The notes below the pieces were generated by a model. It was given only the letters and a program-made list of their open reading frames with translations. It ran no database searches and was not told the origin of the DNA. Positions 36,346-47,253 of a stretch of DNA of 64,000 nucleotides are shown one piece after another; the stretch's first letter is position 1, and each line of letters opens with the position of its first letter. The translations under genes and the position numbers were made by a program. Location: assembly GCA_964291285.2 (NCBI GenBank), contig OZ219787.1:320001-384000 (forward strand), written 5' to 3'. Source of the stretch: Alphaproteobacteria bacterium (GTDB taxonomy: Bacteria; Pseudomonadota; Alphaproteobacteria; Bin95).

Positions 36346-37559
36346 CTAAGCTCACCGAAGCGTCGGGCTGCCTCCCTCGGATCGCTAATGCATTGATTCA
36401 AAAATTCGAGCAATTCCTCATCGTTTATGGACCCTTGCGGCATCGACAAGGTGAAATAGAGTCGAAAATAGCTGGCACTCCATAGCCGGCGTTCTTCGGC
36501 CCATTTTTCGGTAGTCTGTTGAAGATATTGCCTTCGGGGGAAATCAGGCATTGAAATTTCAGGAAGATGTTCTCTCATATCAATAACAAAACGGAGCGTG
36601 TCGTCATTATTTTTGTCAATTATGTCGATGAACTCTTTTGTGACATTACCAGAATTGTCTACTCCTGTCCGTCTAAATTCCGCACTAGGTAACTTTGAAT
36701 GGAATGCGAAATGACTTTCTGTATAACGGTCAATCCAATAATATAAACTTGAATGATGGGCTCGAATGATTTGTACAAATAGTGCGTCCGCTAGGTCAAT
36801 TTTCTCGATTATCGGGACGACAAACAGCTTCAACGAATTAATTAGCCTGACCACATCACGCGGTGTGGAAATGTACTCCAGACACCAAGTCCGTATTGCT
36901 TTGTCGAGCCTTGTTCTCGCACTTTCTGCAATAACTGTATCTTTGGCCAGTATTTCTATCTCTTCGGAAAGCCATGATCGCAGGTAAAAGCTCAGGGGAA
37001 TCGGAACAGTGAACGAAGCTTGAACGATTTTCTCGATATATTCCTTTCCCTTTTTGATGCGCAAAGCGTTTTCGAGACTTTTCGCCAGAACAGATGGGTC
37101 ATAAGCGAGAAGGTATCCGACATTCGGAAAATCAGCAACGGCGCGGACCAAGCGTAGGATCTCGACGGCTTCTGCCGGTTCCAGTCGATCTATGTCATCG
37201 ATAAAGACAACAACCGGAATTTTGTGATCCCGAAATTTCTCACGAAGCTCAATACGCCGGCGAGACAAGGAAGGAGTGGCTGATTTGGAGGCAAGTTTGC
37301 CGCTCCAGTGGAGGAGTCGCGAAGGCCAGCCGGAAGGGATGCCCGCCGCGGGTGCGCTGAATTCGACGGCTGCCGCCAAAATCGGCGCGGATTGGGCGTA
37401 ACGATTCAGGAGGGTTTGGGTATCGCGATACTCGGGAAGCACCGAGCCTAACTCGGAGAATAGCTGACGAAGAAGCTCGTTCCGGTTTCCGACAATCCAT
37501 GGAGAGAAGCGGAGGTCGTGTCCCCAGGGGTGGTGTAGGAGCTGAAGCTTCCGGTGGTA

Positions 37560-37627
37560 GCTGTGGGTAAGTGGCCCGCCGCCGCGACCGTCTGGAGTCA
37601 GGCGGCGGCGGGCCACTTACCCACAGC
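37560..37627. repeat. Perfect 26-bp inverted repeat (16-nt loop) in the IS256 leader
   Basis: gctgtgggtaagtggcccgccgccgc at 37560-37585 and its reverse complement at 37602-37627. Confidence 0.9.
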
Positions 37628-37692
37628 GGAGGCCATCGCGGTGCCGGTTAGGGTTGGGCTGTCACAGTCCACCTGACCGGAGGAGTACCACG

Positions 37693-38895
37693 ATGACCAC
37701 CACCGACATGATGACCCTGCGGGCGCTGTTGGAGAAGAGTTCCGACGCCGACCTGCTTCGCGAGATGATCGGGTTCACGGCCGCGCGTCTGATGGCGCTT
37801 GAGGTTGAGGGCCTTGCGGGCGCCGCGCACGGCGAGCGCTCGCCGGACCGGATCACGCAGCGCAACGGCTACCGGGACCGGGTCTGGGAGACGCGGGCCG
37901 GCACGGTCGAACTGAAGATCCCGAAGCTGCGCAAGGGGAGCTACTTCCCGGGCTTCCTTGAACCGCGGCGGATGGCGGAGAAGGCGCTGACGGCGGTGAT
38001 CCAGGAGGCCTACATCAAGGGCGTATCGACCCGCTCGGTGGACGACCTGGTGCAGGCGATGGGCATGTCGGGCATCTCCAAGAGCCAGGTGTCGCGGCTG
38101 TGCGGCGAGATCGACGACAAGATCCGCGACTTCCTCGACCGGCCGCTGGAGGGCGACTGGCCGTATCTCTGGCTTGACGCGACCTATGTGAAGATGCGCG
38201 AGGCCGGGCGCGTCGTCTCGGTCGCGGTCACCATCGCGGTGGCGGTCAACGATCAGGGCCGGCGCGAGGTGCTCGGCATGGCGATCGGCGCGTCCGAGGC
38301 CGAGACCTTCTGGACCGACTTCCTGCGCTCGCTCGCCCGCCGCGGCCTGCGCGGCGTCAAGCTGGTGATCTCCGACGACCACAAGGGCCTGAAGGCCGCC
38401 GCCACCCGCATCTTCGGCGCCACCTGGCAGAGATGCCGCGTCCACTTCATGCGCAACCTGCTCGCCCATGCCGGCAAGCAGGGCCGGCGCGTCGTCTCCG
38501 CCTTCGTCACTACCGCCTTCGCCCAGGAGGATGCAGACAGCGCCTCCGCCCAGTGGCGCCAGGTCGCCGACCAGCTCAGGCCCAAGGCGCCAAAGCTCGC
38601 CGCCATCATGGACGAGGCCGAGCACGATGTTCTCGCCTACATGACCTTCCCGGCCGCGCACCGCGCCAAGCTGCACTCGACAAACCCGCTCGAACGCCTC
38701 CACGGCGAGATCAAGCGGCGCACAAACACCGTCGGCATCTTCCCCAACGAGGACGCCATCACCCGGCTGATCGGCGCAATCCTGCTCGAGCAGAACGATG
38801 AATGGGCAGTCCAGAGAGCCAGATACATGACGCTGGAATCCATCGCTCCCGTGAGCGACAATACAACCGTCAAGTTGCCCGCCGTGGCAGCCTGA
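37693..38895 (+). CDS. IS256 family (Mutator-like) transposase
   Basis: [40 protein letters not shown]. Confidence 0.95.
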   Translation: MTTTDMMTLRALLEKSSDADLLREMIGFTAARLMALEVEGLAGAAHGERSPDRITQRNGYRDRVWETRAGTVELKIPKLRKGSYFPGFLEPRRMAEKALTAVIQEAYIKGVSTRSVDDLVQAMGMSGISKSQVSRLCGEIDDKIRDFLDRPLEGDWPYLWLDATYVKMREAGRVVSVAVTIAVAVNDQGRREVLGMAIGASEAETFWTDFLRSLARRGLRGVKLVISDDHKGLKAAATRIFGATWQRCRVHFMRNLLAHAGKQGRRVVSAFVTTAFAQEDADSASAQWRQVADQLRPKAPKLAAIMDEAEHDVLAYMTFPAAHRAKLHSTNPLERLHGEIKRRTNTVGIFPNEDAITRLIGAILLEQNDEWAVQRARYMTLESIAPVSDNTTVKLPAVAA

Positions 38896-39316
38896 GCGTT
38901 CCGGCCCTACCCGCCGGACACCGCTACGGACGCCAGGCTCTTACACCACCCGCGGGGGCACGATCGAAGCGGACAATGCGCGGTCTGTGTTCTTCGCTTT
39001 CGAGATGCTTGAGTGCCAGGTTTGCAAGCGAGGATTTTCCAGACCCCCATTTGCCCTCTATGCCGACGACCAGGCCGCCGGAGCGGAGGGCGCCCGCCAG
39101 ATGGCGTGCGAGGTCGCCGAAGCCCAGCCGGTCCCTGTCCGGGTCCTCGATAGGCGCGTCGCTGTCGATGGGGAGGCGGTCGTTCATGCCGGCCTTCGAT
39201 GCGGGAGTTCGCAGCGCATATGGCGGGCGCGGGGCGGGATTGCAAGGAAAGGGCCGGGGTGCGCGCCTGCAAGCCCTTGGATTTGCTGGATATTCAAAAA
39301 ATGTTCTCCAAGGAGC

Positions 39317-39344
39317 TTGATATGTAGGAAAATAGAGCTATATT
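39317..39344 (+). promoter_or_regulatory. Putative sigma70 promoter in a long intergenic region
   Basis: TTGATA-16 bp-TATATT within an AT-rich patch. Confidence 0.45.
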
Positions 39345-39672
39345 GGGTTTCCAGACAGGGCCGCGACGGCCCGGAGGAGAGAGGCCATGCGGGCGGCGAG
39401 GGACAGGTTCGGGTAACGGGGGCGGCCGCGCCCTTCTCATGCCGCGGCCGATCCCGAAATCGCTTGTCCACGGACAGGCGAGGTGCGTCCGGCGCGAGGG
39501 GCCGGGGCACAGGTTGAATGAAAAAAGCGCCGGTGGACGGCCGGCTGAAATCGACGCCGGCGGCCGGCAGCGGCCGTCCGGGACGGTCGGGACGATCCGG
39601 GTCCACACCGGGAACAGTGCGGCATCGCTGTTTGACAAGTTGAGAACGACTGCAAGGCCGGGCGGGGTGCGC

Positions 39673-39751
39673 CCGGTGGCCGGTGGGTCGGTGGTGAGTG
39701 GATGGCGGGCAAGCCGGACCCCTCCACTGGCCACCGGCCACCAGCCACCGG
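39673..39751. repeat. Imperfect inverted repeat of about 30 bp built from GGTGGCC-like heptamers
   Basis: ccggtggccggtgggtcggtggtgagtgga pairs with tccactggccaccggccaccagccaccgg. Confidence 0.7.
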
Positions 39752-39766
39752 CTGCCGCCAACGGCG

Positions 39767-39795
39767 TTGACTCGCCGGGGCGCGTTGGTTAGCTT
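39767..39795 (+). promoter_or_regulatory. Putative dksA promoter
   Basis: TTGACT-17 bp-TAGCTT, ending 33 bp before the dksA ATG. Confidence 0.55.
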
Positions 39796-39828
39796 CCGGC
39801 CCGTCGGTGGAAATGAGCGGGGTGTTCC

Positions 39829-40245
39829 ATGGGGGTTTCGCTGCCTCCCGACTATAGGCCTTCCAGAAGCGAAGATTTCATGAACCCGATGCAGCAGGAA
39901 TATTTCCGGCTGAAGCTGCTCGACTGGAAAGAACGCCTGATCCGCGACTCCTCCGAGGCCGTCCACCAGCTGCAGAGCGAAAGCCTCCGGGTGGCCGATG
40001 ACGGCGAACGCGCCTCGCTCGAGACCGACAAGCGGCTCGCGCTCCGCACCCGCGACCGGGCGCGCAAGCTGATCGCCAAGATCGACCAGGCGCTCAGGCG
40101 GATCGACGACGGCACATACGGCTATTGCGAGCAGACCGACGAACCTATAGACCTCGGCCGGCTGGAAGCCCGGCCGATCGCGACGCTCTCCATCCAGGCG
40201 CAGGAGCGCCATGAGCGGAGCGAGCGCATGCACCGCTCGGACTGA
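39829..40245 (+). CDS. dksA: RNA polymerase-binding protein DksA
   Basis: YRPS..E.FMN..Q.EYFR, D.AS.ETD, YGYCE, RLEARPIAT (alphaproteobacterial one-Cys type). Confidence 0.93.
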   Translation: MGVSLPPDYRPSRSEDFMNPMQQEYFRLKLLDWKERLIRDSSEAVHQLQSESLRVADDGERASLETDKRLALRTRDRARKLIAKIDQALRRIDDGTYGYCEQTDEPIDLGRLEARPIATLSIQAQERHERSERMHRSD

Positions 40246-40311
40246 GGCTTCCGGGGCGCCCGCAATCCGGCGGCGCCCGCACTCCAGCGACCCGGCGAAC
40301 GGCGAACCCCC

Positions 40312-43131
40312 ATGACCCAGGATTACCGCGACACCGTCTTCCTGCCGAGGACGGATTTCCCGATGCGCGCCGGCCTCGCCAAGCGCGAGCCGCAGATCCT
40401 GGCCCGCTGGGAGGCCCAGGACCTGTTCGCACGCCAGCGCAAGGCGGCCGAGGGGCGCGAGAAGTTCATCCTGCATGACGGCCCGCCCTATGCGAACGGC
40501 CACCTGCATATCGGCCACGCGCTCAACAAGATCCTGAAGGACGTCATCAACCGCAGCCGGCAGATGACGGGCATGGACGCCCACTACATCCCCGGCTGGG
40601 ACTGCCACGGCCTGCCGATCGAATGGAAGGTCGAGGAGGACTACCGCGCCGGCGGCCGGGACAAGGACGCGGTGCCGATCCTGGAGTTCCGCCGCGAATG
40701 CCGGGAGTTCGCCGCGCTCTGGATCGACACCCAGCGCGAGGAGTTCAAGCGCCTCGGCGTGATCGGCGACTGGGACAATTACTACACCACCATGTCGAAC
40801 GGGGCGGAGGCGGCGATCGCCGGAGAAATCTGCCGCTATGTCATGAACGGCGGCCTCTACCGGGGCATGAAGCCGGTGCTCTGGTCGGTCGCGGAGAAGA
40901 CCGCGCTCGCCGACGCCGAGGTCGAGTATCACGACCATGTCTCGCCCTGGATCCATGTCGCCATGCCGGTGCTGCGCGGGACGGAGGCTCCGGCCGCGCT
41001 GGTCATCTGGACGACGACGCCCTGGACCATTCCCGGCAATCGCGGCCTCGCCGTGGCGGCCGGGGCGGACTATGTGCGCGTCGCCGTGCCGGACCGCGAG
41101 GATGCGCTGATCGTCGCCGAGGAAAGGCTCGGCGCCTTCCTCGCGGACTGCGGCTTCGAGGACCATGAGGTGCTCGCCCGGTGCAAGGGGGCGGAGCTTG
41201 TGGGCGCGGTCGCCGCGCATCCGCTGGCATCGCTCGGCTACGGCACGGAATCGCCGGTCATGGCCGCCGATTTCGTCACCATGGACCAGGGCACGGGCGT
41301 GGTGCATATCGCGCCCGGCCACGGCGCGGACGATTTCAACCTCGGCACCGCCAACGGCCTCGAGGTCACCGACTATCTGGACGGCGACAGCGTCTATCGC
41401 AGCCATGTGCCGCATTTCGCGGGCGAGCGCGTGCTGACGGCCGACGGCAGGCCGGGCGGGGCGGACGAGGCGGTCATCGCCGCGCTGGAAGGGGCGGGCG
41501 CGCTGCTCGGCAAGGGCAAGCTGCAGCACAGCTATCCGCATTCCTGGCGCTCGCGCGCGCCGCTCATCTTCCGCGCGACGACCCAGTGGTTCATCTCCAT
41601 GGAGACCAACGGGCTGCGCGACAAGGCGCTCAGGGCCGTCGCCGAGACCCGCTTCGTGCCGGAGAGCGGGCGCCGGCGCCTCGGCTCGATGATCGAGGGC
41701 CGGCCGGACTGGTGCGTTTCCCGCCAGCGCGCCTGGGGCGTGCCGATCCCGGTGTTCACCCACCGGGAGACCGGGGAGGTCCTGCGCGACGAGGCGGTCA
41801 ACGAGCGCGTGCTGGCGGCCTTCCGCGAGCGCGGCGGGGACGCCTGGTTCGAACTGCCGGCCTCGCACTTCCTCGGCCCCGACCGCGACCCCGACGACTG
41901 GGACCAGGTGCAGGACATCGTCGAGGTGTGGTTCGACTCGGGCTCGACCCACGCCTTCGTGCTGGAGGGCAACGAGACCCAGCGCTGGCCCGCCTCGCTC
42001 TATCTGGAAGGCTCCGACCAGCACCGGGGCTGGTTCCACTCCTCGCTGCTGGAGGCCGCCGGCACGCGCGGCCGCGCGCCCTTCGACGCCGTGCTGACGC
42101 ACGGCTTCGTGCTCGACGAGGACGGGCGCAAAATGTCGAAATCGCTCGGCAATGTGACCGCCCCGCAGGAGGTCATCGACCGCTACGGCGCCGACATCCT
42201 GCGCATCTGGACGGTCTCGGCCGACTATTCGGACGATCTGCGCATCGGCGAGAACATCCTGAAGCACCAGGCGGAGCTCTACCGGCGCATCCGCAACACG
42301 CTGCGCTACCTGCTCGGCAATCTCTCGGGCTTCGATGCGGGCGAGCGCGTGGCGCCGGCCGACATGCCGGAGCTGGAGCGCTGGGTGCTGCACCGGCTGT
42401 GGGAACTCGACCGGCTGGTGCGCCGGGCCATCGAGGACTACGACTTCCACGCCATGTGGACGGCGCTGCACAATTTCTGCGCCGTGGACCTCTCGGCCTT
42501 CTATCTGGATATCCGCAAGGACGTCCTCTATTGCGACCCGGCGTCGAGCCTCGCGCGCCGGTCCGCCCGGACGGTGCTCGACATCCTGTTCGACTGCCTG
42601 ACCGCCTGGACCGCGCCCATCCTCTGCTTCACCGCCGAGGAAGCCTGGCTGGCGCGCCACAGCGGTTCCGGGGGGGACACCGGGGGCGAGTCCGTGCATC
42701 TGCGCCAGTTCCCCGAACTGCCGGAGGGCTGGCGGGACGAGGCGCTTGCGGCGCGCTGGGTGGAGGTGCGCGCCGTGCGCCGGGTCGTGACCGGCGCCAT
42801 CGAGCGCGAGCGCGCCGCCAAGCGGATGCGTTCCGGCCTGGACGCGGCGCCGGTCGTCTGGCTCGCGCCGGAACGCCGGGCGGCGCTCGACGGGCTGGAC
42901 CTCGCCGAGATCGCCATCGTCTCGACGCTCGCCTTCGGCGAGGGCGAGCCGCCGGCCGACGCCTTCCGGCTGGAGGATGTGGAGGGCGTCGCGGTGGTCC
43001 CGGCAGCCTCGAAGCACGAGCGCTGCGCGCGCTGCTGGCGCCGGCTGCCGGATGTGGGTTCTGCCGGCGCGGATATCTGCGGGCGCTGCGCCGATGCCGT
43101 CCGGGCGCTGCCGCCGGAAGCGGCCGCCTGA
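40312..43131 (+). CDS. ileS: Isoleucyl-tRNA synthetase
   Basis: HDGPPYANG.LHIGH, WTTTPWT, EGSDQHRGWF, KMSKS, C-terminal Zn finger. Confidence 0.97.
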   Translation: MTQDYRDTVFLPRTDFPMRAGLAKREPQILARWEAQDLFARQRKAAEGREKFILHDGPPYANGHLHIGHALNKILKDVINRSRQMTGMDAHYIPGWDCHGLPIEWKVEEDYRAGGRDKDAVPILEFRRECREFAALWIDTQREEFKRLGVIGDWDNYYTTMSNGAEAAIAGEICRYVMNGGLYRGMKPVLWSVAEKTALADAEVEYHDHVSPWIHVAMPVLRGTEAPAALVIWTTTPWTIPGNRGLAVAAGADYVRVAVPDREDALIVAEERLGAFLADCGFEDHEVLARCKGAELVGAVAAHPLASLGYGTESPVMAADFVTMDQGTGVVHIAPGHGADDFNLGTANGLEVTDYLDGDSVYRSHVPHFAGERVLTADGRPGGADEAVIAALEGAGALLGKGKLQHSYPHSWRSRAPLIFRATTQWFISMETNGLRDKALRAVAETRFVPESGRRRLGSMIEGRPDWCVSRQRAWGVPIPVFTHRETGEVLRDEAVNERVLAAFRERGGDAWFELPASHFLGPDRDPDDWDQVQDIVEVWFDSGSTHAFVLEGNETQRWPASLYLEGSDQHRGWFHSSLLEAAGTRGRAPFDAVLTHGFVLDEDGRKMSKSLGNVTAPQEVIDRYGADILRIWTVSADYSDDLRIGENILKHQAELYRRIRNTLRYLLGNLSGFDAGERVAPADMPELERWVLHRLWELDRLVRRAIEDYDFHAMWTALHNFCAVDLSAFYLDIRKDVLYCDPASSLARRSARTVLDILFDCLTAWTAPILCFTAEEAWLARHSGSGGDTGGESVHLRQFPELPEGWRDEALAARWVEVRAVRRVVTGAIERERAAKRMRSGLDAAPVVWLAPERRAALDGLDLAEIAIVSTLAFGEGEPPADAFRLEDVEGVAVVPAASKHERCARCWRRLPDVGSAGADICGRCADAVRALPPEAAA

Positions 43132-43597
43132 CGCCCTGCGCGCGCCCCGGCTATACGGGCTGGCCGCGGCCGTCGCCGTCTTCGCCGCGGACCAGGCGAC
43201 CAAGCTCTGGGTGCTGGCGGCTCATGCCGGCCTGCCGGTCGAGGTGCTGCCGTTCTTCAACATCGTGCTGGTCTGGAACCGGGGGGTGAGCTTCGGCATG
43301 TTCGGCGCGGCCGGCCCGCTCGTGCTGGCGGCGATCGGGGCGGCGGTGGCGGTCGTTCTGGTGGTGTGGATGCTGCGCTCGCACCGGCGGTTCGAGGCGC
43401 TTGCGCTCGGCGCCGTGGCGGGCGGGGCGGCCGGCAACATCCTCGACCGGCTCACGCGCGGCGCGGTGGTGGACTTCCTTGACTTCCATATCGGCGGCTG
43501 GCACTGGTATGCCTTCAATCTGGCCGATTCCGCGATCACCGTCGGCGTCGCCATGCTGTTGTTCGAAGCCCTGTTCGGGCGCGGGCGGCGGGCCTGA
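43094..43597 (+). CDS. lspA: Lipoprotein signal peptidase II (start uncertain)
   Basis: DQATK, NRGVSFG, GNILDR, VVDFLD, FNLADSAI; follows ileS. Confidence 0.9.
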   Translation: MPSGRCRRKRPPDALRAPRLYGLAAAVAVFAADQATKLWVLAAHAGLPVEVLPFFNIVLVWNRGVSFGMFGAAGPLVLAAIGAAVAVVLVVWMLRSHRRFEALALGAVAGGAAGNILDRLTRGAVVDFLDFHIGGWHWYAFNLADSAITVGVAMLLFEALFGRGRRA

Positions 43598-43617
43598 GAA
43601 GCCGGCGGCGGGAAGGG

Positions 43618-44139
43618 ATGAAGCGCATGACGATCCGGACGATAGCACTGCTTGCGGGCGCCGCATTTGCACTCGGCGCATGCGACGTGGCCCGGACCCT
43701 GGGCCTCGACCGCGAGGGGCCGGACGAGTTCCAGGTCCTCAGCCATGCGCCGCTCACCCTGCCGCCCGACTACCGCCTGCGCCCGCCCGACCCCGGCGCG
43801 GTGCGTCCGCAGCAGGTTACGCCGCGCGACAGCACGAGGCAGACGCTGACGGGCGGGACGGCGAGCGGCGCGGCGGCACGGTCCGCAGGCGAATCGGCGC
43901 TGCTCTCGAAGGTGGGCGGCGCCCAGGTCGACAGCAGTTTCCGCCGGCGCATCGACGAGGAAACCGCCGAGATCGCCGAAAAGAACCGCCGGCTGCTCGA
44001 TGACCTGATCTTCTGGGAAGACCGCAAGGGCCATGCGAGCGTCGTGGATGCCGAGGCGGAGAGCAAGCGCCTCCGCGAGAACGCCGCGCTCGGCAAGCCG
44101 CCGACCGAGGGCGAAACGCCGACAATCCAGCGCCGGTAG
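43618..44139 (+). CDS. DUF3035 family lipoprotein
   Basis: Lipobox LGAC; PDEF.V...PL.LPPDY.L.PP.PG. Confidence 0.8.
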   Translation: MKRMTIRTIALLAGAAFALGACDVARTLGLDREGPDEFQVLSHAPLTLPPDYRLRPPDPGAVRPQQVTPRDSTRQTLTGGTASGAAARSAGESALLSKVGGAQVDSSFRRRIDEETAEIAEKNRRLLDDLIFWEDRKGHASVVDAEAESKRLRENAALGKPPTEGETPTIQRR

Positions 44140-44156
44140 CCCGAGGGGCGCTGACG

Positions 44157-45455
44157 GTGCTGGGCGACCTTCCCTACCGCCAGGACCTTTCGCGCTGTGC
44201 CGCGGTTACCGCGGGCGCGGCTTTCGAGCGCGCGCTCGCGGCGGCGGGCGAGGGGCTGGCGGGGCTCAGGCGCGCCTATGGCGACGGCAGCCTGCCGTTG
44301 CTCCGCCTGCCGGAATCGCAGGGCGACCTCGCCATGATCGAGGCGCGGGCCGAGCACCACCGCGAACATGCCGACGATGTCGTGGTTCTCGGCACGGGCG
44401 GCTCCAGCCTCGGCGGGCAGGCGCTCTACGCGCTCGCCGATTCCGGTTTCGGGCCGAGCGGCGACTCGCCCCGGCTGCACTTCCTCGACAATATCGACCC
44501 CCACACCTTCGACCACCTGTTCCGCTCGCTCGACCTCGCGCGCACGGACTTCCTCACCATCTCCAAGTCGGGCGGCACGGCCGAGACGCTGCTGCAGTTG
44601 CTTATCTGCCTGGAAGCGCTGGTGGATGCCGTCGGCCGCGAGAATGCCGCGCCGCATGTGACGGTTATCGTCGAGCCCGGCGCCAGCCCGCTCCGGCGCC
44701 TCGCCGAGTCCTGGGGATTTTTCGTCATCGACCACGACCCGGGCATAGGCGGGCGCTATGCGGCGCTGACACCCGTGGGCCTGCTGCCGGCCGTCATCGC
44801 CGGCCTCGACCCGGCCGCGCTGCGCGAGGGCGCGCACCTGGTCCTGCACCGGAGCCTGAACGCCGCCCAGCCCGGCGCCAGCGACCCGGCGCTCGGCGCG
44901 GCGCTCAATGCCGCATGCGGGGAAGGAGCCGGACGCAGCGCGGTGCTCGCGGCCTATGCGGACCGGCTGCTCCCCTTCGCCATGTGGTTCCGCCAGCTCT
45001 GGGCGGAGAGCCTCGGCAAGGACGGCAAGGGCACGCTGCCGGCGCCCGCGCTCGGCGCGGTGGACCAGCACAGCCAGCTCCAGCTCTGGCTCGACGGGCC
45101 GGACGACAAGCTCTTCACGGCGGTCACGGCCGAGACCGCCGGGCGCGGACGCATCGTCCCGCCGGCGCTGGTGGAGGACGGGCGCCTCGCATGGCTCGCC
45201 GGGCGCAGCATGGGCGACCTGCTGGACGCGGAGGCGCGGGCCACTGTCGAGACCCTGGCGGAGCGGGGCCGGCCGGTCAGGCAGCTGCATCTGGAGCGCA
45301 TCGACGAAACGGCGCTCGGCGCGCTGATGATGCACTTCATGCTGGAGACGATCCTCGCCGCGCATGTGCTCGGCGTCGACCCCTTCGACCAGCCGGCGGT
45401 GGAGCGGGGCAAGGCGCTGGCGCGGGACTATCTCGCGGCGATGGGCCGGCGCTGA
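44157..45455 (+). CDS. pgi: Glucose-6-phosphate isomerase
   Basis: [38 protein letters not shown]. Confidence 0.9.
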   Translation: MLGDLPYRQDLSRCAAVTAGAAFERALAAAGEGLAGLRRAYGDGSLPLLRLPESQGDLAMIEARAEHHREHADDVVVLGTGGSSLGGQALYALADSGFGPSGDSPRLHFLDNIDPHTFDHLFRSLDLARTDFLTISKSGGTAETLLQLLICLEALVDAVGRENAAPHVTVIVEPGASPLRRLAESWGFFVIDHDPGIGGRYAALTPVGLLPAVIAGLDPAALREGAHLVLHRSLNAAQPGASDPALGAALNAACGEGAGRSAVLAAYADRLLPFAMWFRQLWAESLGKDGKGTLPAPALGAVDQHSQLQLWLDGPDDKLFTAVTAETAGRGRIVPPALVEDGRLAWLAGRSMGDLLDAEARATVETLAERGRPVRQLHLERIDETALGALMMHFMLETILAAHVLGVDPFDQPAVERGKALARDYLAAMGRR

Positions 45456-47215
45456 TGCTGCGCCGCCTGCCGGAGGCGGTGGTGAACCGCATCGCGGCGG
45501 GAGAGGTGGTGGAACGCCCGGCCTCCGCGCTCAAGGAGCTGGTCGAGAACGCCATCGATGCAGGCGCCGGGCGGATCGACTGCGCGCTCCGCCAGGGGGG
45601 CGCGGCCTCGATTGCGGTGGATGACGACGGCGCCGGCATCGCCCGGGACGAGCTTGCGCTCGCGCTTGAGCGCCATGCCACCTCCAAGCTTGCCGATGAC
45701 GACCTTGTGGATATCCGCACGCTCGGCTTTCGCGGCGAGGCGCTGCCCTCCATCGGCGCCGTCTCGCGCCTCGCCATAACCAGCCGGGCGGAGGGCGCGG
45801 CCGAGGCGTGGCGCATCGCGGTCGACAACGGCAGCATCGGCGCGCTCGAGCCGGCGGCCCGCGCGCGCGGCACGCGGGTCGAGGCCGCCGGGCTCTTCCG
45901 CGCCGTGCCCGCGCGGCTCAAATTCCTGAAATCGGCGCGCGCGGAATATCTCGCCGCCGCCGACATGCTGAAACGCCTCGCCATGGCACGCCCGGCGGTC
46001 GCCTTTTCGCTGGAGCATGACGGGCGCCGCGCCTGGGCCTCGGCCGCGGCCTCCGACCCGCTCGCCCGGCTCGCCGACGTGCTGGGGGCGGAGTTCGCGG
46101 ACAACTCGGTCCCGGTCGCGCTGGAAGCGGACGGGCTCAGCCTCACCGGCCATGCCGGCCTGCCGACCTGGCATCGCGGCACGGCGCAGGCGCAATACCT
46201 CTTCGTCAACGGCCGCCCGGTGCGCGACCGCCTGCTCCAGGGCGCGGTGCGCGCGGGCTATGAGGAGCTGGTGCCGCGCGGGCGCTTCCCGGTGCTGGCG
46301 CTGTTCCTGGACGTGCCGCCCGACCGGGTGGATGTGAACGTGCATCCGGCGAAGACCGAGATCCGTTTCCGCGACGGGGGCCGGGTGCGTTCGCTCATCG
46401 TCTCCGCGCTTCGCCGCGCGCTTGCCGAAGAAGGCCACCGCGCTGCCGCGCCTGCCGGGTTTCATATGGGCGGCGTTGGCGCTGCCGCCCCGCTCATCGG
46501 CCGCTTCCGGTCGGGCGGGACGGGCGCGCCGCCCTTGCAACTTGCCGAGCGCGCGGCCGAATGGCAGGCGCCGCTCGACCCCGCCCTGCCGCCTTCCGCG
46601 CCGCCGCCCGCCCCGGAGGCGCCCGAAGCCGCCGGCCTGCCGCTGGGGGCGGCGCGCGCGCAGCTCCACGACACCTACATCCTGGCGCAAACGGGCGACG
46701 GCATCGTGCTGGTGGACCAGCATGCCGCGCATGAACGGCTCGTGCTGGAGCGCATGCGCCGGGCGCTCGCCGAGGGCCGTCCGCCGCGCCAGGCGCTGCT
46801 GCTGCCGGAGGTCGTGGAGCTGGACGAAGCGGGGGCCGAGCGGCTCGCGGCCAAGGCCGGCGAACTCGCCGAGCTCGGCCTCGTGCTGGAGCGCTTCGGC
46901 CCGGAGGCGGTGCTTGTCCGCGAGACGCCGGCGGCGCTCGGCGAGGCGGATGCGAAGGGGCTGGTGCGCGACCTTGCCGACGACCTCGCCGAGCACGGCC
47001 TGGCACTGACGCTGAAGGAGCGGCTGGAGGATGTGGCGGCGACCATGGCCTGCCACGGCTCGGTGCGCGCCGGCCGCCGCCTCGGCGCGAAGGAGATGGA
47101 CGCGCTCTTGCGCGAAATGGAGGCCACGCCGCGCTCCGGCCAGTGCAATCACGGCCGCCCGACCTATGTGGAACTCAAGCTCGCGGACATAGAGCGCCTG
47201 TTCGGCCGGCGCTGA
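45455..47215 (+). CDS. mutL: DNA mismatch repair endonuclease MutL
   Basis: [36 protein letters not shown]. Confidence 0.97.
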   Translation: MLRRLPEAVVNRIAAGEVVERPASALKELVENAIDAGAGRIDCALRQGGAASIAVDDDGAGIARDELALALERHATSKLADDDLVDIRTLGFRGEALPSIGAVSRLAITSRAEGAAEAWRIAVDNGSIGALEPAARARGTRVEAAGLFRAVPARLKFLKSARAEYLAAADMLKRLAMARPAVAFSLEHDGRRAWASAAASDPLARLADVLGAEFADNSVPVALEADGLSLTGHAGLPTWHRGTAQAQYLFVNGRPVRDRLLQGAVRAGYEELVPRGRFPVLALFLDVPPDRVDVNVHPAKTEIRFRDGGRVRSLIVSALRRALAEEGHRAAAPAGFHMGGVGAAAPLIGRFRSGGTGAPPLQLAERAAEWQAPLDPALPPSAPPPAPEAPEAAGLPLGAARAQLHDTYILAQTGDGIVLVDQHAAHERLVLERMRRALAEGRPPRQALLLPEVVELDEAGAERLAAKAGELAELGLVLERFGPEAVLVRETPAALGEADAKGLVRDLADDLAEHGLALTLKERLEDVAATMACHGSVRAGRRLGAKEMDALLREMEATPRSGQCNHGRPTYVELKLADIERLFGRR

Positions 47216-47253
47216 GGGGACGACGCACGCCCTATCCCCACCGTCTCCTTCCG

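Larger units (their letters stand above)
37514..38965 (+). mobile_element. IS256 family insertion sequence
   Basis: Imperfect IR ggtcgtgtccccaggggtggtgtag / ttacaccacccgcgggggcacgatc; 8-bp target duplication GAAGCGGA at 37506-37513 and 38966-38973. Confidence 0.93.
33553..39187 (-). pseudogene. KAP family P-loop NTPase split into three pieces by two IS insertions (39187-38966, 37505-36346, 34327-33553)
   Basis: Walker A GKWGSGKSS, rejoined VRFSPW motif, Walker B VVFIDDIDRL, YIEKIVQ, TPRDVVR; joined pieces give 2157 nt in frame. Confidence 0.88.

Noticed and set aside
39184-43203. 1339-aa minus-strand ORF
   Set aside because: Antisense shadow of dksA-ileS. It is Arg/Gly/Ala-rich with no domain signature.
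44033-45454. Apparent 474-aa N-terminal extension of MutL
   Set aside because: An alternative frame over pgi. The real MutL starts at ATG 45455, overlapping the pgi stop.
47216-47253. tRNA or att site at the left border of the island
   Set aside because: No tRNA fold, no integrase and no matching direct repeat found within the window.
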